A stretch of 64,000 nucleotides of DNA, taken from Atractiella rhizophila. Taxonomy: Eukaryota. The stretch spans positions 1 to 64,000 of the forward strand of contig MU271324.1 of the NCBI GenBank assembly GCA_021432655.1, written 5' to 3'. Made by a program: the position numbers and the translations under genes. Below the pieces are notes generated by a model. That model worked only from the letters and a program-made list of their open reading frames with translations. It was not told where the DNA came from and made no database searches. Below are positions 11,627 to 24,562 of this stretch, piece after piece. Numbering within the stretch: the first letter of the stretch is position 1; every line of letters begins with the position of its first letter.

Positions 11627-12969
11627 TCAATTGTTTTTGATCACCACCTTCCCAACGACATTTCCATCCACATCCTTTCCGCTTCTCATCAATCGGAAAG
11701 CGTCTTCCGTCTTCTCCAGGGGAAAAGAGTGCGTAAGCAGCTTCTCGACGTTCTTCAATGCTCCGGAAGCCAGCAGCTCGATAGCTCGCGGGAAGCAGGA
11801 GGCGTAACGGAAACACTACAGACAATAGCTGAGATGATACACGTAGAGGTAACTGGAAAACGCACCCCAATCAAATCCACTTCTCGAACTTGGGCCGCTC
11901 CCAAAGGAAAGTATAGAGCGCTGGTTCCCATCCCGATGAGAGACACCTTTCCTCCAATCCTCGCTAACTGTTTCAGGGCTCCCTCATGCGTTCCCACACG
12001 CAAATATGGGGCTTCAACGTACGAATATCGAAGTCTGAAGACAACTCTCCACTCCCGTACACTCCATCACAATATCGAACCCTTCCACTGCACCGAATGT
12101 TTTCTTCAAGTCGTTCGCCGCGTCCTGTGCCCAAACAAGGCACTGATTGTTGTCCATCTCGCCGTCTTTCCTGGGCATGATTGATCCCTGTCCTTCAACC
12201 ACCCATCCCGTTTGGATCGCCAAATCAAGCTTCTTCTGTTCAATGTCCACGATCGATACACTACACCCGTTCGCCCACAATACTGCCGCCGCAAGTAGAC
12301 CAACCGGTCCTGCGCCGAGAATGGCTACCCGAAGACCATGCAAAGAGGGAAGGTTGAGGCGCGTGAGCGCGTGGAGGATCACTGAAAGAGGTTCTACTAG
12401 CACCGCAGTGGAGAGGGAAAGGGAAGGTGGGAGAGGAAAGGAGAGACGCGTGGGATGTGCGATGTATTGTTGGAGGAAGCCATCGCGATGAGGGGAGATT
12501 TTGGCGCTACTGGCAAACTTGATCCGTTAAATTTGCATCAGCTTGTCCATTGAAAGGCGAAAACATACGTCCATCTTCGGACACAGATTATATCTTCCTT
12601 CCCGGCACCATCTGCACTCCCGGCACTCTCTCCCTGGCTCCATCACCACTTCCTTCCCTATCCATTCCTCTGAAACACCAGGCCCAACAGCTTCAACAGT
12701 TCCGCTGCTCTCGTGTCCAACAACAAACGGATGCTGCACCTTGAAAGGCCCATTTGCAAATGCAGAGAAATAATGCAAATCACTACCACAAAGACCTGTT
12801 GAGTGGATTTTGATCAAGAGTTCCCCCTGAGAGAGTTCAGGTATTTGCCTTTGCTCCTACTCACCATATCAAGTTAACTAGAGTGCCCAATAATGGCGAG
12901 AAAAAGACGAACCAGCTTAAGTTGCCCTGCTGCATGGAGGACGAGAGCTTGAGATTGAGAAGTGGTCAT
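11627..12969 (-). CDS. Zn-dependent MDR polyol dehydrogenase (sorbitol/xylitol/L-arabinitol dehydrogenase family)
   Basis: MTTSQSQALVLH.., GLCGSDLH, GHESSG, EPGRECRECRWCREGRYNLC (structural Zn), LVEPLSV, GAGPVG, ECTGVESC, REVDLIG, ..VGKVVIKNN*. Several short introns. Confidence 0.93.
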
Positions 12970-13416
12970 TTTGTGTGGCTGAAATTCGAATTCAGAGGAT
13001 CCAAAGATGCTGGCAAGGACGGCAGAGCAACTCACGCTTTTATCAAGCTGGAATCGAGGGAGACATATAAAGCCCGGCTGCCGGACGATATCTGATCCCC
13101 ACGCTTCCGCGGGGAGAGGAGAAAGTCATTATGCAAGAACTAGAGAGCAACTACGACCGGATAGTGAGCAGGAAGGGAGCCAATTTTTTTGGATCCTTTA
13201 ACATTTTAACATGATGCACGGACACAGCGTCTAGGAACGCACTAGTTGCGACGCTGCTTGGATTCTAGACAGGTGGTTTGATCTTTTGAAAGGTGAGAGG
13301 CACCGCGTTTGCTCTTTCACAACAACATGGATTTGCTCCAGCCTGCTATCAGTTCAAAGCACTGTTGCTGGACTACATCGGAGGTCACGAACAGATCTAA
13401 CAAACAAGCCCAAACG

Positions 13417-15823
13417 TTAATTGGAAGCTGAAGCCTCTCTGACCGACGTGACAAAGGCTCTGATGAGTTCCTCTGTCTTTTCCCCATCCGATTCAACTCC
13501 ACCGGCAACATCCACCGCCCAAGGCCTCGTCCTCCTAACCGCTTCTGCGACGTTGTTGGCAGTCAATCCACCAGCAAGGATGAACTTGACATCTCCAGCG
13601 ATTTGATTTGCAAGTTGATGATCGAACGTCTTCCCTGCGCCGCCTGAAAGCGAGGAAGCAGGCAATTGCGTATCAAACAATGGGACAGCGTGATATCCTG
13701 GCCGTGTGGCTTCAAGGACCTGTGGAGTGGGAGGATTCGAAACGTGGAAAGCACGAATGACGGGACGGGGGATCACTTGTGCCCACTCAGCCGGTTCGTG
13801 ACCGTGAAGTTGGACCACGTCAAGGTCAAGCAGGGCGATGGCTTCGAGAACGAACTCGAGTGGTTGGTTCTGAAAAACGCCGACCACTTGTGGCTTCTCC
13901 GAAACAGACTTGTTCATCAGCCCAAACGTGGAGTATTCAAACCAATCCTTCTTTCCCAGCTCCTTCGTTCCAATCCTACTGTCCGTCCGCGTCATTGGCG
14001 CAGCCATTCTTCCACCCGTTTTGCGTAGAGCATCAACAATCTCCTTTGCTTGACTGAGACTAATCTTTCTACGGGAGCTGGGAACGAAATTAAGACCAAT
14101 AAAGTCTGCGCCTGCGTCTTTACAAAGTAGCGCAGTCGCAACATTCTTGACGCCGCAGATTTTTACAAGCGTTCCGGCTGGTTCAACGACTGTGTTGGTC
14201 GTCCCAAGAAGTTGATGCACGAACGCTTTCCTATCGGAAGCACGCATCAAGGATTCTCCGACGAGGATTCCAGAAATCCCCTCTCGTTCGTATTCTTGCA
14301 CATCGGCGCGGCTCGAGATGCCACTAAGAGCAAGAATGAGAGGAGGTGTCGATGAAGCGGCGGTTCCGTTAGCTGTCTGAGATGAAAAATGCTTCTTGAC
14401 TGCAGCCATAATACGCTTCGTGGTGTCCATATCGACTTGAAAATTGTTGAGATTGCGATTATTGACGCCAATCACCTTCGCACCAATCTGGAGCGCTCTC
14501 TCCAGCTCCTCCTCATTATTCACTTCCACCAAAGGCTCCATTCCCCTACTCTTCGAATGGTCGTACAGCGCTTTCAACCCTTCCTGCTGAAGCATGGCAA
14601 CAATGAGAAGGACTGAATCGGCGCCAGATACTCGCGCTTCATCGATCTGGTACTTGTCGAAAATGAAATCCTTCCTCAAGATGGCTGGTCGATTGGGCAT
14701 CGTCCCTACAATTTGCCGCGCCGCAAGCATGTCGTTCAAAGCTCCTTTGAACCAGGTAGGTTCCGTCAGAACGGAAATTGCGGCTGCTCCCGCGTTGGCG
14801 TAAGATTGGGCGATCTCGGCGCTGGAGGGAGGCTTCATCCCCGGTTCGAGGAAGGACCCCTTTGAAGGCGAAGCACGTTTGATCTCGGCCAGAAGGGAGA
14901 CAGGTTTCGCTGTCGTTGGCAGCAATCGAGAGTAAAAGTCGATGGCTGGAGGTGCGACATGAAGATTGATGAGAGAATCAAGATCGGAGGGGAAGAACCC
15001 TGGGGTGCCTTTCGCCTTTTCGACGTCTTGCTTCCGCTGAGCATAGATCTTCTGAAGAATGCTGGGGACTTGAGCAGGCATGGGTGTGGGAAGCTTGCCG
15101 CTTGTTTGCTCGACCATGGTGATGCCAAATCCAGGATTCTCTTCCCAGAGGCCCCCTTTGAATCGCAGGAAGTTGCGCATCATCGTCTCCCCCTCCTCCG
15201 ACAAGATACTCTCGGGATGATACTGAACAGAATCGATGACCCACTTTTTGTGTCTGACTCCCATTACTAATCCGTTGTGCGTCTTGCTTGTCACCTCCAG
15301 CACATCCGGCAGTGTGCCCAGCTTCCCAACCAAGCTGTGGTACCTGGTGGCATTGAATCCCTGCTTCTCGATCCCCCAAAAGATCCCTTTGGCATCGTGA
15401 AAGATCTCAGATGTCTTTCCATGAACTATCTCTCCGGCCACATCGACAGTGCCACCGAATGCAGTGAAGATGCACTGAAGCCCAAGGCAAACTCCGAAGA
15501 TAGGGATTCTGCCAGCAAAGTGATGGATCGCGGGAATAGATATTCCACTATCACTGTCAGGGTGTCCAGGGCCAGGGGAAATTATGAGGTGGGTATAGGG
15601 AAGAGGTTGCGATGATGATTCGGCGACCAGGGCTTCGAGAGAGATATCCTGCGTCCGAATAACCGTAACTCTTGCGGATAAGCGACATGCAAGTTGATAC
15701 AAATTCCAGGTAAATCTGCTATCTGATCAACAAATGAACATGCAGCACAACAGGCGCTCACGAGTCGTAATTGTCGAGAATCAAAACATGAGAGTTCTTG
15801 TCGGGTACTGGAGCAGAAACCAT
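13417..15823 (-). CDS. TRP1: Trifunctional tryptophan synthesis protein (TrpG GATase - IGPS - PRAI)
   Basis: ATG 15823 (MVSAP..LILDNYDS), intron 15761-15716. GATase motifs SPGPGHP, GVCLG, QYHPES; IGPS motifs AEIKRASPSKG, LRKDFI, GVNNRNL; PRAI motifs VKICG, VQLHG, LAGGL, VDVAGGVE. Confidence 0.98.
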
Positions 15824-16590
15824 TGTAGCACTCCAAAGCTCTGAACGACGACGTCGAACTGTCTAGGCACGATCGTGATTTTCTATGGCGAATGGCGAAT
15901 GCAAGCCAACTTGAAGTTCAAGTTGAAAGACTCAGTTGGACTCAGCAAATATTAGCGAGGCAATTTGCAATTCGAGGTCCGTCCGGATCGATCCTGGATG
16001 GAGACTCCTTTTCTCACCCACCATGAGCAGGCATGCCTTATTTCTCCTAACGGGAAAAGGGTTTAGATGCGCGTATGAATATTATGGATGTTGACGATTG
16101 GAATGTCTGAAGCTACCTGTCCTCTCAAGTCGGATGACTTGAAAGCAGCTGCTGGGTAATCGAATTAGGTGTGCGCTTTCTTCGGCGCTTTTGATAGACA
16201 ATGGTAGCGAAGTTCCTATGCCATTTTATGACCTTTTTTGAACTCGCAACTGCTACCTATGAATGTGCCTTCGGGCAGCGAGCTTCACTCCTAACGCTCG
16301 AGCTCTTAAAACCAGCTATGACGTTGAGTACCTCGTAATCAATTAGAGGGCTGTCGTTCTGGTTCACTTAGCTTTATAGCAATCTCAAAGATGTTTCGAG
16401 CCTCCTGGCTAAACCAAATCTCCACTTCAATGATCCAATATCTGCACCAGCGCAGCAAAGCATTCACTTTGGCGTTAATGAATAGTCGCTGTGGGGTATC
16501 CAGCGGGGATGCTATCGCTCTCTCACTTGCTGAGGCTGCAGTATAAGACGCGTGCTTATCATCCGTCTTTTCTCAGCAGTTCAGAGGAAC

Positions 16591-18563
16591 ATGGAGTGTG
16601 AACTGAGTGCTAAACCTTCAGACGAAAAGGCTTACATCGAAAATGTCGAACAGCCAGTTGCTGTGGAAGTAGACTACGAAGACGTGAAACTGACTGCAAG
16701 TTTCTCTTCCTCACGTTTCAATCGTTGATGATTCTGCTGCCTTGCCAGTGGCGAACCGTGAGCTCGTTTCTTTCGCATCTGTTCACAGTCCGACCGTTTC
16801 ACAGGGAGCCGCGGTTTTCTTTAGCGCGTTTGCTGCCTTTGGTCAGCTCCTGTCCATCACAGGGCCAGCAGACATTATCTCATTTCTTATTTCCGACCTT
16901 GGACGACCTGACCTCGCCATATGGATCATACAGGTTCGTCAACTGCTCCGTCCATACATCATACTGACCGTGCTAGGCTCCAACAATTGTTCAAGGATCG
17001 TTAGCGCCGTTTGTAGGCAGAGTGTCAGATAATGTTCGTCTTCCCTTGTGGGTTCTACTTCGCTTAACATTTGCTTGACGATAGGTTGGGAGGAGATGGC
17101 GTAAGCCGTTGTCGCCTTTGAACAGCCTACTCACCTTGCACCCAGTGGTCATTTTAGCGCCAATATTTGGTTTGATAGGCACCATCATCGCGTCGCGAGC
17201 AAATTCGATGCCAATGCTCATTGCCGGTCAAGTACACCGTTCGACCTTCTCACTGATGGCTCTGAGCGTGAATTTAGGCGATCATGAGCATAAATCTGAC
17301 AACTGTAGGCCTCATTTCTTCGATCGCCAGTGAGGTGCTGCCTGGGAAGTACCGGACTTGGGGGCAATCTGCAATTCAGGTAACTTACTGCCGCATAATT
17401 TCTGCACTGATCCGTGAGGGAAGGTTGCGGCTACCGCGGCAGGCATCCTCTCTGCCCTCGCAACAGGAGCTCTTGTCGATCACTCTACAGTATGTGTGAC
17501 TCCCGCTCTGTCACAGTCTTGACCGTATTCTCAGGACGGATGGCGCAAGTACGCAATACGTCCTTTGCTCTCTTTGACTGATCACTGTCCTCAGTCTCTT
17601 CTATATCGAATGTGAGTGTCTATCAACCGATGAACTTACCTTGACTCCATTCGCAGCTGCTGTCTTCGCGGCTGTTTGTGAGTGGGTAACTCCTTACCAC
17701 ATCTCACTTGACTGTTGGTCTCAGCTGTCGGTTTCTTCTTTACATACCATCCGCGTGAGTTTTATGCTCTAATGTGCTGAGCCACACTGAGTTCTATTGC
17801 AGCTCCTCGGCCATTCGTGTGTATTCTGCTTCCAAAGCTTTGTCGCTTATGTTTTGCAAGGGAGCCAACAAGTCCTGGCATCAAGTTCTTCATGATGCAG
17901 ACCTGGTAGGAAGTGCGTTGATTGCAGCTGCTTTCGCCTGCATTATATTGGGTCTCAACTTCGGTTCGAGCACGTACAGTTATCGGGATGTCCATTTCTA
18001 CGCTCCGTTGACCATTGGTATTCTACTAGCATTTGGCCTAGTCGCGTGGGAATGGAAAGGAAGGACAGATGGGATATTTCACCATGGTCTTCTCACGCAT
18101 CGTCGGAACTTTATCAGTAAAGTGTCCCATTAATTTCTCTGAAACAACCCTTTGACAAGGCAGTAGTTGCGGCATTCGCCCTCTTTATTGAAGGCTGGAT
18201 ATACTTCAGCGGGATCGCAGTATACTACCCTCAGCAGATTCGTTACATTGGTTGGGAAACAGACGCTTTTCTTATTGGAGTTCGCAAATTTGTTTGTCCT
18301 CTGGCTCCTCTTATGTGAGACTTTTCCTGAGCTTGGAATAGGCTTTCAATGTGGTTGCAATGGTCATGGTGATCCCGATCCTTTACTTCTCTACCAAATT
18401 CAAGGACGTCAAATGGATCTTAACATTCGGGTTCTGTGCATTCCTCACGGCCGTCGCATGTTTCTCAACTGCAACGGTACAAGACGACAGAGCCTCACCT
18501 TTGAATCGCAGGAAGTTGCGCATCATCGTCTCCCCCTCCTCCGACAAGATACTCTCGGGATGA
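16591..18563 (+). pseudogene. 3'-truncated copy of the MFS transporter (reads into antisense TrpG)
   Basis: Same exon structure as 19934-22728 up to 18496 (..VQDDRAS), then 'PLNRRKLRIIVSPSSDKILSG*'. Confidence 0.85.
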
Positions 18564-19166
18564 TACTGAACAGAATCGATGACCCACTTTTTGTGTCTGA
18601 CTCCCATTACTAATCCGTTGTGCGTCTTGCTTGTCACCTCCAGCACATCCGGCAGTGTGCCCAGCTTCCCAACCAAGCTATGGTACCTGGTAGCATTGAA
18701 TCCCTGCTTCTCGATACCCCAAAAGATCCCTTTGGCATCGTGAAAGATCTCAGACGTCTTTCCATGAACGATCTCTCCAGCCACATCCACAGTGCCACCG
18801 AATGCAGTGAAGATGCACTGAAGCCCAAGGCAAACACCGAAGATAGGAATCCTGCCAGCAAAGTGATGGATCGCGGGAATAGATATTCCACTATCACTGT
18901 CAGGGTGTCCAGGGCCAGGCGAAATTATGAGGTGGGTATAGGGAAGAGGTTGCGATGATGATTCGGCGACCAGGGCTTCGAGAGAGATATCCTGCGTCCG
19001 AATAACCGTAACTCTTACGGATAAGCGACATGCAAGTTGATACAAATTCCAGGTAAATCTGCTATCTGATCAACAAATGAACGTGCAGCACAAAAGGCAC
19101 TCACGAGTCGTAATTGTCGAGAATCAAAACATGAGAGTTCTTGTCGGGTACTGGAGCAGAAACCAT
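18383..19166 (-). CDS. Stand-alone TrpG (anthranilate synthase component II GATase) from partial TRP1 duplication, ~245 aa
   Basis: Own duplicated upstream region, ATG 19166, intron 19104-19059, complete GATase with the Cys-His-Glu triad, ending MMRNFLRFKG plus 37 aa from antisense MFS. Confidence 0.8.
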
Positions 19167-19933
19167 TGTAGCACTCCAAAGCTCTGAACGACGATGTCGA
19201 ACTGTCTAGGCACGATCGTGATTTTCTATGGCGAATGGCGAATGGAAGCCAACTTGAAGTTCAAGTTGAAAGACTCAGTTGGACTCAGCAAATATTAGCG
19301 AGGCAATTTGCAATTCGAGGTCCGTCCGGATGGATCCTGGATGGAGACTCCTTTTCTCACCCACCATGAGCAGGCATGCGTTATTTCTCCTAACGGGAAA
19401 AGGTTTTAGATGCGCGTATGAATATTATGGATGTTGACGATTGGAATGTCTGAAGCTACCTGTCCTCTCAAGTCGGATGACTTGAAAGCAGCTGCTGGGT
19501 AATCGAATTAGGTGTGCGCTTTCTTCGGCGCTTTTGATAGACAATGGTAGCGAAGTTCCTATGCCATTTTATGACCTTTTTTGAACTCGCAACTGCTACC
19601 TATGAATGTGCCTTCGGGCAGCGAGCTTCACTCCTAACGCTCGAGCTCTTAAAACCAGCTATGACGTTGAGTACCTCGTAATCAATTAGAGGGCTGTCGT
19701 TCTGGTTCACTTAGCTTTATAGCAATCTCAAAGATGTTTCGAGCCTCCTGGCTAAACCAAATCTCCACTTCAATGATCCAATATCTGCACCAGCGCAGCA
19801 AAGCATTCACTTTGGCGTTAATGAATAGTCGCTGTGGGGTATCCAGCGGAGATGCTATCGCTCTCTCACTTGCTGAGGCTGCAGTATAAGACGCGTGCTT
19901 ATCATCCGTCTTTTCTCAGCAGTTCAGAGGAAC

Positions 19934-22728
19934 ATGGAGTGTGAACTGAGTGCTAAACCTTCAGACGAAAAGGCTTACATCGAAAATGTCGAACAGCCAG
20001 TTGCTGTGGAAGTAGACTACGAAGACGTGAAACTGACTGCAAGTTTCTCTTCCTCACGTTTCAATCGTTGATGATTCTGCTGCCTTGCCAGTGGCGAACC
20101 GTGAGCTCGTTTCTTTCGCATCTGTTCACAGTCCGACCGTTTCACAGGGAGCCGCGGTTTTCTTTAGCGCGTTTGCTGCCTTTGGTCAGCTCCTGTCCAT
20201 CACAGGGCCAGCAGACATTATCTCATTTCTTATTTCCGACCTTGGACGACCTGACCTCGCCATATGGATCATACAGGTTCGTCAACTGCTCCGTCCATAC
20301 ATCATACTGACCGTGCTAGGCTCCAACAATTGTTCAAGGATCGTTAGCGCCGTTTGTAGGCAGAGTGTCAGATAATGTTCGTCTTCCCTTGTGGGTTCTA
20401 CTTCGCTTAACATTTGCTTGACGATAGGTTGGGAGGAGATGGCGTAAGCCGTTGTCGCCTTTGAACAGCCTACTCACCTTGCACCCAGTGGTCATTTTAG
20501 CGCCAATATTTGGTTTGATAGGCACCATCATCGCGTCGCGAGCAAATTCGATGCCAATGCTCATTGCCGGTCAAGTACACCGTTCGACCTTCTCACTGAT
20601 GGCTCTGAGCGTGAATTTAGGCGATCATGAGCATAAATCTGACAACTGTAGGCCTCATTTCTTCGATCGCCAGTGAGGTGCTGCCTGGGAAGTACCGGAC
20701 TTGGGGGCAATCTGCAATTCAGGTAACTTACTGCCGCATAATTTCTGCACTGATCCGTGAGGGAAGGTTGCGGCTACCGCGGCAGGCATACTCTCTGCCC
20801 TCGCAACAGGAGCTCTTGTCGATCACTCTATAGTATGTGTGACTCCCGCTCTGTCACAGTCTTGACCGTATTCTCAGGACGAATGGCGCAAGTACGCAAT
20901 ACGTCCTTTGCTCTCTTTGACTGATCACTGTCCTCAGTCTCTTCTATATCGAATGTGAGTGCCTATCAGCCGATGAACTTACCTTGACTCCATTCGCAGC
21001 TGCTGTCTTCGCGGCTGTTTGTGAGTGGGTAACTCCTTACCACATCTCACTTGACTGTTGGTCTCAGCTGTCGGTTTCTTCTTTACATACCATCCGCGTG
21101 AGTTTTATTCTCTAATGTGCTGAGCCACACTGAGTTCTATTGCAGCTCCTCGGGCATTCGTGTGTATTCTGCTTCCAAAGCTTTGTCGCTTATGTTTTGC
21201 AAGGGAGCCAACAAGTCCTGGCATCAAGTTCTTCATGATGCAGACCTGGTAGGAAGTGCGTTGATTGCAGCTGCTTTCGCCTGCATTATATTGGGTCTCA
21301 ACTTCGGTTCGAGCACGTACAGTTATCGGGATGTCCATTTCTACGCTCCGTTGACCATTGGTATTCTACTAGCATTTGGCCTAGTCGCGTGGGAATGGAA
21401 AGGAAGGACAGATGGGATATTTCACCATGGTCTTCTCACGCATCGTCGGAACTTTATCAGTAAAGTGTCCCATTAATTTCTCTGAAACAACCCTTTGACA
21501 AGGCAGTAGTTGCGGCATTCGCCCTCTTTATTGAAGGCTGGATATACTTCAGCGGGATCGCAGTATACTACCCTCAGCAGATTCGTTACATTGGTTGGGA
21601 AACAGACGCTTTTCTTATTGGAGTTCGCAAATTTGTTTGTCCTCTGGCTCCTCTTATGTGGGACTTTTCCTGAGCTTGGAATAGGCTTTCAATGTGGTTG
21701 CAATGGTCATGGTGATCCCGATCCTTTACTTCTCTACCAAATTCAAGGACGTCAAATGGATCTTAACATTCGGGTTCTGTGCATTCCTCACGGCCGTCGC
21801 ATGTTTCTCAACTGCAACGGTACAAGACGACAGAGCCTCGATCGCTTACAGCGTCGTGAGTGAACTCTTTCCCGTAGAACCAACTACTGACTCTGACCAG
21901 GTCGCCGCAATAGGAATGGCTCCGCAGACCGTCTTGTTAGTGATGACAGCTCAGGTAGTTCGTTCAAGTTGGCCCTGCGATCAGTCTGCTCATAATGAAG
22001 TAGTTCGCGTCACCTCCTGCACTCATAGCGACAGCTTCGAGCCTCGTCGCTACAGTCCGAGCTCTAGGTAGGCCTTTCTTTTCGGATGTTGTTTCATATG
22101 TTAAAGTGTTCGGTATAGGCGGCGCGTTAGGTGCGCTCTCCTCTTGAGATTATTATGCGCTGACGCGTTGGTCGTAGGCTCAGCAGTAATGGGAGCGGAG
22201 CTTAACAATCGACTTGGGCAGGAGCTACCCCAACGATTTATACCAGCTGCTATAGGTTCGACTTATTCGGCTCTTGTCATGTGTTGGCACTCATTTAAAT
22301 TTGTTCCAAGCCGGCGGCCTGCCAGAAAGCTCTATCCCCTTCGCACTTGTCGCATTTCGATCTGCATCTCCGGCCCTTATTGCTTCCATTCCTGGCATTA
22401 CTCCCTCTCTGACATCCATTCTAACGCCAATAGTGCGCAAAGTTTATGCCTATTCCTTCAGATGGGCGGTTCGTCTTGCTTGCTCAACTCGATGGTCCCA
22501 ACAGTCGCTAATGTCTAAAACAGTGGATCACCGTAATAGTTCCTACCGCTGCCGGATTGTTTGCGATCCTTGCGCTCGACCAGGTTGCTATACGATCCAG
22601 GATGGTGAAAGCAATTGACGCAGTGCGTCAATCATTCCCATGATAGCCAAACTCATGTTTGACCACTTTGTTAGACCGTTGAACGATCTGCCCCTTATAG
22701 GAACGACAGAAGCCTTGATGTCTCGTAA
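19934..22728 (+). CDS. MFS efflux transporter, TRI12/DHA2-like, many small exons
   Basis: GRVSDNVGRRW motif-A-like loop, 'GTIIASRANSM', 'SEVLPGKYR', 'WEWKGRTDGIFHHGL', 'STKFKDVKW', 'AYSFRW'; multiple hydrophobic segments; stop ~22728. Confidence 0.88.
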
Positions 22729-22805
22729 AATATACCAATTACTTAGTTTCATGCGTTGCAGAATCATTTCAGTGGGAGTTCAATTTGTAGTACTTGTATC
22801 TGTGA

Positions 22806-24077
22806 TCAAATGCCACCCCTCCCACCCCTCCTCTCCCAAATTCTCACCAAATCGTTACAGACCCCCATAGCGGTCACTTCAGCGCCGGCTCCGGGTCCCT
22901 TAATAACCAACTCTGCTCCTTCCTTGTATCGCTTCGTTTGAAAGACGACCATATTCTCCGCCCCTTTCAATCCGCTCACGAATGGATGACTGACATCGTA
23001 AGCCTCGACGCCGCACTTCACTTTGCCACTCAGAACATCTATGACCCCAGTATATCGAAGGCGCTTGTTCACTTTAGCTGCATTCGTACGTAACTCCTCC
23101 AGCTCGGCGTCGACAGATGGGAGCGAGCTCATGAATTCGTCGGCAGACGTAAGATGGTGCAGAGAGGTAACCAAAGATTCGGTTGGTACTGATGCGTAGC
23201 CCTCTGTTAACTCGGGAAGTCCGGAAGAGGAAGATGACATGAGGCGAGTTAGGATACACAATTTGCGGGCCACATCAGAGCCAGTGAGATCAGAAAGTGG
23301 GTTCGGTTCCTTGCCCTTCCGTCAGTTTGAAGCAAAGCGGAAACAAGACGACAGTCGCACAGTGTAACCTTTCTCTTTGGCTACGCGGACGATTTCAGAA
23401 AACTTCTCCTGGTGTTCGGAAGAGTCCGAAACGCTCGAAAAATTCGAAAATATATAACTCAGCGTCCCGGACAATACGCCTTCGACCTTTACAACCTCGT
23501 CCCCGCTCAAGACGAGCTCCCTCAACGTTTGGATAATCGGGAGCCCAGCAGCAACGGTAGCCTCGAAACCAGCGATTCCGCAATCCGTCTTCAACTGAGT
23601 AGCTTGTATTTGTTTCCATAGATCATAAGAGGAAGAATATCCAATTTTGTTGGCAGTAACGACGTCGATCCCTTTCGAGAGAAAGGACGTATAAGACCGT
23701 CCGACACTGTCATTTGCTGTGACATCGACGACAACAACCGTTTTCCTTTCTTTCTTTAATAACATGACAAGTTTTTCCTGAAGAGTCTCAATTGAAGGTG
23801 CGAACGTGTCTTCGACCAGGCTCGATTGTGGATCTGACAGAGCTGTTAAGAGTTCATCCGATGTCGTCGAGGAAGGGATTTCTTGGCGTAATAAAATTGT
23901 CTTTTTTGAATTCGTCAGCGTAAGGAGGCGGAAGGTCGTCGATAATCGCGGCGTGAGCAAAAACGAAAGAACTTGAGAGCCGACAAGCCCAACGCCAACT
24001 GTTACATGATCAAAAGAAGGTTTTGCAGAGCCGCACAAGTACCTACCTAGAGAGATGTAAATTTCTGGCGGTGCCAT
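22806..24077 (-). CDS. HOM6: Homoserine dehydrogenase
   Basis: GVGLVG, VVTANK, FEATVAAGLPII, EGVLSGTLSYIF, AKEKGYT, DVARKLCIL, IKGPGAGAEVTAMGV. Confidence 0.96.
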
Positions 24078-24562
24078 AGTTCTAGAATGGATGAATGGAT
24101 GAACTGTTCCACTGCAGCAGGGCAATGTCGCGATTGGTCTACCTGAAAAGCTGAGTCAGGCCTCAGGGTTACCCTACTTCTTACTTTGCACCAACTTTTA
24201 CACTGGACGTAGTCGTGGATTGTAGATGGATCTGATGCTGGTTTTGCGGAGTCAACCTGAGTCAAGCTTGTCTTGAGAGGCGCAAAAGGTGCAATCAGGA
24301 ATAACAAAAATTAATTATTTGACAAAAGATTTGTTTAAATACAGTGGGTTGAGTAGAAAGTGAGGTTAAATTGCTACATTTTTGATTATATCGAAATGTT
24401 GGCTACATTGCGAGGACAGCGCCGAGTGTAGTAGAAAAGTCGGATAGTGATGGCGATGGGCTCCGAAGTGCACCCAAAAAGGATGAATGGGGTGAAGATA
24501 GAGCCTGTCATAACAGAGTTCATCAGCACGAATGTCTACGTGGCAATGGGAGCACTTCATGG

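Larger units (their letters stand above)
15155..21839. repeat. Tandem segmental duplication, unit 3343 bp (15155-18496 / 18498-21839)
   Basis: Constant 3343-bp offset, ~99% identity, no N gap at the junction. Base A18497 matches neither parent. Confidence 0.95.
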
